DNA from: Promethearchaeota archaeon
Lineage (GTDB): Archaea; Asgardarchaeota; Lokiarchaeia; Sigyniarchaeales; SOKP01
DNA: 64,000 nt
Assembly: GCA_048940925.1 (NCBI GenBank)
Contig: JBHLOC010000010.1
Location: forward strand, 44,694 to 108,693
Direction: 5' to 3'
Shown here piece after piece: positions 59,082 through 64,000 of the stretch (position 1 is the first letter of the stretch; each line of letters opens with the position of its first letter). Made by a program: the position numbers and the translations under genes. The notes beneath the pieces are model-generated. The model made no database searches, was not told where the DNA came from, and saw only the letters and a list, made by a program, of their open reading frames with translations.

Positions 59082-59759
59082 GTGGTAAAAATAAATAAAA
59101 AATCTAAATATCTTGCCATTATAATTTTGATTGGAGGTAAAAGTAGTCGTTTTGGGAGCGATAAAGGACTATTTGAATTTCTTGGTAAACCCCTTATTTC
59201 TTATCAACTTGAAACATTATCTCAGGGAAATTTTGATATATTTTTAGTAGCTAATTCAAAAAGCCAAGTTCAAGACTATATTAAGGAAATTAATCTCAAA
59301 GAAATAATGGCTTTTATTATTGATGAAGATAAAATTAATTTAGGGAAAAACTTCCAGAATCCTATAAAAGGTTTATATTCAGCTTTTAAGGAGCTTAGAG
59401 ATTTAAATTATAAAAAAGTGTTAGCGCTACCATGTGATACTCCATTTATTCAATATAATGTCGTTAAATATATAATAGAACAATCTAAAGGATTTGATTG
59501 TTGCATTCCAATTTGGAATAATAAACTCATGGAACCCCTATTAGCCATCTATCCAGTTAATAAAGCATTTCAGAAGTCTAGAGAAAACTTAAAAAATAGG
59601 GATCTCAAGTTAACAAATCTATTAGATAAAAATTGGAAAATAAATTATTTATCAATTGAAAACTCGATTAAACCTTTAGATGAGAAATTAATTTCTTTTA
59701 TCAATATTAATAAACCTGAAGATATTGAAAAACTAATGGAAAGTTATATTAGAAAATAA
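59082..59759 (+). CDS. mobA: Molybdenum cofactor guanylyltransferase
   Basis: GGKSSRFGSDKG, PCDTPF, EPLLAIY, FININKPED. Confidence 0.9.
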   Translation: MVKINKKSKYLAIIILIGGKSSRFGSDKGLFEFLGKPLISYQLETLSQGNFDIFLVANSKSQVQDYIKEINLKEIMAFIIDEDKINLGKNFQNPIKGLYSAFKELRDLNYKKVLALPCDTPFIQYNVVKYIIEQSKGFDCCIPIWNNKLMEPLLAIYPVNKAFQKSRENLKNRDLKLTNLLDKNWKINYLSIENSIKPLDEKLISFININKPEDIEKLMESYIRK

Positions 59760-59794
59760 TTAAACAAATAAAAAAAAAATTTAAATTCTTATTT

Positions 59795-60307
59795 TTAATA
59801 ACTTTCTGGACCAATGATGCCACCAATAAGTCCTAGAACTCCACCTGCAAGTAAAATATATGTTCCAAGAGATACTGGTCCAAGAGGTAAATCGAATGGA
59901 ATTATACCTTCAACAAGAGGTTCAGAATCTCCAAATATGTTTTCAACCCATGCTGGAGCATCAACAACATTAAAAGCACCAAGGAATATAAGAACACCGA
60001 CTAAAATAACGAAAATTGATCCAATAATTGCCATTGCACGACTTTTCACCCCAATTATTTGAAAGATTCCAGATATCAAAAAGATAATTAAAATCACCGC
60101 AATAATATAAATTGCAAAACCAGGTATTCCTAATGTAGTTCCTAATGTCTCAGCATCTGTGAACATGTTCATCAAATTTTTTACTACCCCGATTCCATAA
60201 GCAAAATAATCAGTGCCCCCGATATCAAGTGAAATCCAAGATAATATAAATGTAGAAACAATACTAATGATTCCGCCTAATATACACAATACTTTTCCAG
60301 CGCCCAT
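59795..60307 (-). CDS. Gly-rich four-TM membrane protein
   Basis: Four hydrophobic helices; LGTYILLAGGVLGLIGG. Confidence 0.7.
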   Translation of the reverse strand: MGAGKVLCILGGIISIVSTFILSWISLDIGGTDYFAYGIGVVKNLMNMFTDAETLGTTLGIPGFAIYIIAVILIIFLISGIFQIIGVKSRAMAIIGSIFVILVGVLIFLGAFNVVDAPAWVENIFGDSEPLVEGIIPFDLPLGPVSLGTYILLAGGVLGLIGGIIGPESY

Positions 60308-60545
60308 TTAATTCAACCTTATTTTAATTCTTATTTTTTTTATATTTTTTTAATAGAGATTATTAAATTTATTTTTATTCTCTTTATATTTCCCAAGTAA
60401 AATTCAATATTAAATGATACAATACTTATGTATTATTATTGTCTTATTCAATACTATTTTATATAGTTTATTTATTTTAAGTTAATTTCTGATAGAAAAC
60501 AAAACTAATTAATTGCAATTAGTTTAAATTATATATTATAGACGT

Positions 60546-62021
60546 TTAAGCAATTTTAAGCATAATAATAAAATTACTCCCTTTCTCATAATTTCCTTCT
60601 ATTCTATCTTCAATCCATATTTTCCCTTTATAGCCATCAAGTATTTTTTTTACTAGTGAGAGACCAATACCCATTCCACGAGAATTTTTATCCTTCTTAT
60701 AAGATTTATCGAATATAATTTGCTTTAAATCATCTCTAATTCCTATACCATTATCTAAATGTTCAATTTTTAGATATTGGATATTATTTTCTATTATTTT
60801 GGATATTCTAATAATTAATTCCTTATGATTATGCTTATTGTGAAGTGCAGCGTTAATCAAGATATTTTCAAATACATCAATAAGTAAATCACCTGCTAAT
60901 ACTGTCAATGAATCATCGGGATAATCAACTTTTATACTAAATTCACTTGTAGGAAAACGGCTATGAACATTTTCAATAGCATTATTAAGCACTTTTTTAA
61001 GATCAATTGACCTTATTTCTATTATACCATCATCTATACTTGAAAGTTTACGTACATTTGAAATTAAAGAAGATCCTCTCTCTGTCTGCTCTTTAATTAG
61101 ATCAAACAATTCATTTAAATTTTGCTTTCTTTTTTGATCATTAACCCACATTGCACTTAATTCTATTGAACTTCTAATATTCTGGAGTATATTACTCATA
61201 TCATGAGCAAATAAATCCTTATAAAAATCAGCTCGATTATATGCTTCGCGATAATTTTCTTCTGATTCTTTTAATTTTTGTTCAGCTTCTATATTATCTG
61301 TGATATCAATAGACATTATTAAATCTGCTGGTCTACCTTCATATTGAATTGTTTTTGAGAAGTTTTCAAGCCATCTTATTTTTCCATCTTTCCTTATCAA
61401 TCTATACTTATAATGTATAACAATATCTTTTTCTCCTGCTTGTTTTTTTCTTGCTTGTTCCATCACAAACTCTCTATCTTCAGGATAAATGAGCTTGGAA
61501 AATTCATAGGGTTCCCAATTTTTAATCTCTTCAATAGAATATCCATTTGTTTTTAGAAATCGTTCATTAAAATACTTAAATAGACCATCTTGAATGATGC
61601 TTATATTCATAAATAACTGTTCTGTAATCGTTCTGAATTTTTCTTCCGATTCTTTTAAAGAATCTTCAATAGCTTTACGTTTTGTTATATCTTGAAATGA
61701 GTTGATAAGAAGGGTTTGGTCTTCTAACTGTTGAATTGTTGAAGAAATTGATGCCCAAAATATACTTCCATCTTTCTTTTTTAACTTTACCTCAAAGTCA
61801 TTTAAAGTTCCACTTTCAGCTAATGTTAAAAATTTAGTTCTATCTTCAGGGTTACAGTAATGATTCAAAACAGGTACCTTTAAAAAATCAATTTTAGAGT
61901 TATATCCAAAAATTTTGAATGCCTCTGAATTACATTCAATCGTCTCTCCTGCGGGAGTTGTAATAGAAATGCCCACAGGAAAGCTCTCAATTAGATCTTC
62001 AATATTTATCTTAATTTTCAA
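60546..62021 (-). CDS. PAS-PAS sensor histidine kinase (soluble)
   Basis: Two PAS/PAC units (KKDGSIFW..QDITKRK; RKDGKIRW..DIT), FAHDMSN H-box, ENILINA, DNGIGI, GMGIGLSLV. Confidence 0.92.
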   Translation of the reverse strand: MKIKINIEDLIESFPVGISITTPAGETIECNSEAFKIFGYNSKIDFLKVPVLNHYCNPEDRTKFLTLAESGTLNDFEVKLKKKDGSIFWASISSTIQQLEDQTLLINSFQDITKRKAIEDSLKESEEKFRTITEQLFMNISIIQDGLFKYFNERFLKTNGYSIEEIKNWEPYEFSKLIYPEDREFVMEQARKKQAGEKDIVIHYKYRLIRKDGKIRWLENFSKTIQYEGRPADLIMSIDITDNIEAEQKLKESEENYREAYNRADFYKDLFAHDMSNILQNIRSSIELSAMWVNDQKRKQNLNELFDLIKEQTERGSSLISNVRKLSSIDDGIIEIRSIDLKKVLNNAIENVHSRFPTSEFSIKVDYPDDSLTVLAGDLLIDVFENILINAALHNKHNHKELIIRISKIIENNIQYLKIEHLDNGIGIRDDLKQIIFDKSYKKDKNSRGMGIGLSLVKKILDGYKGKIWIEDRIEGNYEKGSNFIIMLKIA

Positions 62022-62022
62022 T

Positions 62023-62415
62023 TCACCTTTCTATTACCAATTGATTAATGACATCTTTAATTGTTATTAAGAGTTTTTTCATGGCAAATGGTTTGTTGAG
62101 AAAAGCACATGCTCCTTGAGATAATACTTCTTCTTTTACAGTAATATCAGCACTCGCAAAAATAATATGTTCATGTTCATTAATCTGTAAAATATCTATC
62201 ATAGCATCGAGTCCATTTTTTATTGGCATTCGATGATCCATTAATATTATATCGGGTTTTCGGTGAAAATTTTTATATTTTTCAACTGCTATTTTTCCAT
62301 TAAATGCTGTATCAATTATTTCAAATCCTGCTTCTTTTAGTATTAAAGAATAGAGTCGTTGAAGTGATTGGTCGTCGTCCACTATAAAAATTTTTACCAT
62401 AGAATAATACCCCAC
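62023..62415 (-). CDS. Single-domain response regulator
   Basis: IFIVDDD, ILMDHRMP..NG, FASAD, FLNKPF. Confidence 0.93.
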   Translation of the reverse strand: MGYYSMVKIFIVDDDQSLQRLYSLILKEAGFEIIDTAFNGKIAVEKYKNFHRKPDIILMDHRMPIKNGLDAMIDILQINEHEHIIFASADITVKEEVLSQGACAFLNKPFAMKKLLITIKDVINQLVIER

Positions 62416-62852
62416 TACTAAACGGAGCTTATAAATTTCCTTGTAAGCTAGTTGTAATCAAATTGCAGTTGCAATTTTAATTAAACTATTTTATCTAAAG
62501 GAAGAACTTTTATTTAAGTTTAAACCAAATGAAATAATGATATCTAAAGACACTGAAGAATAAGTAGTTTTTATTCATAAATACGTTATTTACACAGTAA
62601 TCTTTAAATATGTACATTTGATAAAGATTAGTAACGATGGAAATAAGACCTCTCTTGAATAAAGTAATGAAATTACAATTACTCAATTTAATCGTAGTAT
62701 TATTACTTTAAATTAAGAGAGACAAACCTGGTTTCTTTTTTTAATATAACTTTTCTGTGGATTTGTCCTCTCTTGACATCCTGTTAAGCAAATTTTAAAA
62801 AGAAATCGATGGTTCGCAAAAGTTAATGAAAAATGAAGAAGGAGGTGAAAGA

Positions 62853-63011
62853 ATGGAAAAAGTAAACGAAAAAAGTGATATTGCTCCGAGCTCAAAAAAG
62901 AAGGAGTTTGATTGGGCAAAATATCTTGATTATACAAGATTTTATGAACCCGGTGAAATAAATAATATCGCTCAGGAACGCTTTAAAAAAGATTTTGAGG
63001 AAATTAAATAA
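62853..63011 (+). CDS. Small hypothetical protein (52 aa)
   Basis: GGAGGTGA RBS at 62841 before in-frame ATG 62853; MEKVNEKS...FDWAKYLDYTRFYEPGEIN. Confidence 0.55.
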   Translation: MEKVNEKSDIAPSSKKKEFDWAKYLDYTRFYEPGEINNIAQERFKKDFEEIK

Positions 63012-63176
63012 TATATTTCGCTCAAAAATTTTCTATAATAAAATCTTATTCTTATATTTAAAATTTATAATAAATTTTTATAAAAGTAATAAATTCTTTA
63101 CATTAGTAGATTTATATCTATACACATATATTACAAATTTGTATCAAGTTTATATTTATAACTAAGGAAAATTACT

Positions 63177-64000
63177 ATGAAAGATCTTATCATTAAAAAC
63201 GGACTTGTCTTTGACCCACTAAATAATATCGATGGCGAAAAGAAGGAAATTCATATTAAGGACGGAATAATTGTTGAAAATGTAAATGGAGATGCTAAAG
63301 TAATTGATGCCTCAGGAATGATCGTCATGCCTGGAGGCGTTGATATCCACTCACATATCGCAGGAACAAAAGTTAATGCAGGGCGTTCCTTTCGTCCCGA
63401 TGATAAACTTGAAGAATTTAATGAAAAGAAGACTAAATTGACTCGAAGCGGAACTGGATGGTCTGTACCCTCAACATGGGTAACTGGATATAGATATGCG
63501 CGATTGGGCTATACTACCGTTGTTGAACCCGCAATGCCCCTTCTTAAAGCTCGTCATACGCATGAAGAATTCTTAGTGACTCCTATTATTGATAAAGCAG
63601 CTTTTCCATTGTTCGGAAATAATTGGTTTGTAATGGAGTATATTAAAGATAAGGATTATGAAAAATTAGCTGCCTATGTTTCATGGATACTGAAGGTTAC
63701 TAAAGGATATGCTGTCAAAATTGTTAATCCCGGTGGTGTTGAAAACTGGACTTGGGGAAAGAATGTTTCTTCTTTAGATGATCACGTATTCCATTTTGAA
63801 GTTACTCCGCGAGAAATTTTAGAAGGATTATCAACAATCACGGAAAAACTTAAATTACCACACACAATACACGTTCATGCCAATAACTTAGGGCATCCAG
63901 GTAATAAAGAACATACCATAGAGACATTTGAAGCATTAAAAAAAATCCAGCCAAAAGAAGGGCGTAAATCTACGATACACCTTACTCATTGTCAATTTAA
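63177..64000 (+). CDS. fwdA: Formylmethanofuran dehydrogenase subunit A (5' part; runs off the window)
   Basis: MKDLIIKNGLVFDP.N, MPGGVDIHSHIAG.KVN.GR, TRSGTG.SVPST..TGYRYA.LGYTT..EPAMP.LKARHTHEE, KIVNPGGVE, IHVHANNLG.PGN; not in the ORF track. Confidence 0.95.
   Translation, partial: MKDLIIKNGLVFDPLNNIDGEKKEIHIKDGIIVENVNGDAKVIDASGMIVMPGGVDIHSHIAGTKVNAGRSFRPDDKLEEFNEKKTKLTRSGTGWSVPSTWVTGYRYARLGYTTVVEPAMPLLKARHTHEEFLVTPIIDKAAFPLFGNNWFVMEYIKDKDYEKLAAYVSWILKVTKGYAVKIVNPGGVENWTWGKNVSSLDDHVFHFEVTPREILEGLSTITEKLKLPHTIHVHANNLGHPGNKEHTIETFEALKKIQPKEGRKSTIHLTHCQF

Noticed and set aside
1-64000. rRNA, tRNA, transposase or integrase genes
   Set aside because: No GC-rich structured RNA of suitable size and no recombinase motifs were recognised by eye; a covariance search would be needed to exclude small RNAs.

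Overview
AT-rich archaeal chromosome segment, most consistent with an Asgard archaeon of the Lokiarchaeia type. This is inferred from IPGF/IPSY-type C-terminal anchors, a HEAT+LRR protein, a surface protein with a longin-like tail, and a split Sec-type hydrogenase. About 1-23 kb holds housekeeping, peptide-fermentation and surface-protein genes. About 20.6-55.9 kb is a redox supercluster: cooC/hypC; vhuG-vhuA-vhuU-hdrC-hdrB (vhuU has an in-frame UGA and is missing from the ORF track); two divergent Cys-tailed Lrp-type regulators; a ccmABCDEF heme-attachment locus; a GlcD-like/HdrD-like pair; hdrC2-hdrB2-hdrA-mvhD-polyferredoxin; an orphan second vhuG; and hypEDF. The window ends with hisF, hisH, purF, mobA, a two-component pair and the 5' part of fwdA. 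The main candidate for a new system: the three exported paralogues flanking the ccm genes all carry HxxCH instead of the canonical CxxCH heme motif, and the adjacent CcmE (ends Cys-Ser-stop, no Tyr) and CcmC (altered WWD) are also deviant. This suggests a dedicated non-canonical cytochrome c maturation system; one substrate is fused to a cytochrome b561-like domain. Other signals: a Cys-less VhuU-like small protein; a GTT-N9-AAC operator with 30-31 bp spacing at four promoters; an mvhD with no canonical start codon; and a relic of a second purF. No rRNA, tRNA, CRISPR array or IS element was recognised. All calls come from motif reading by eye; no searches were run.
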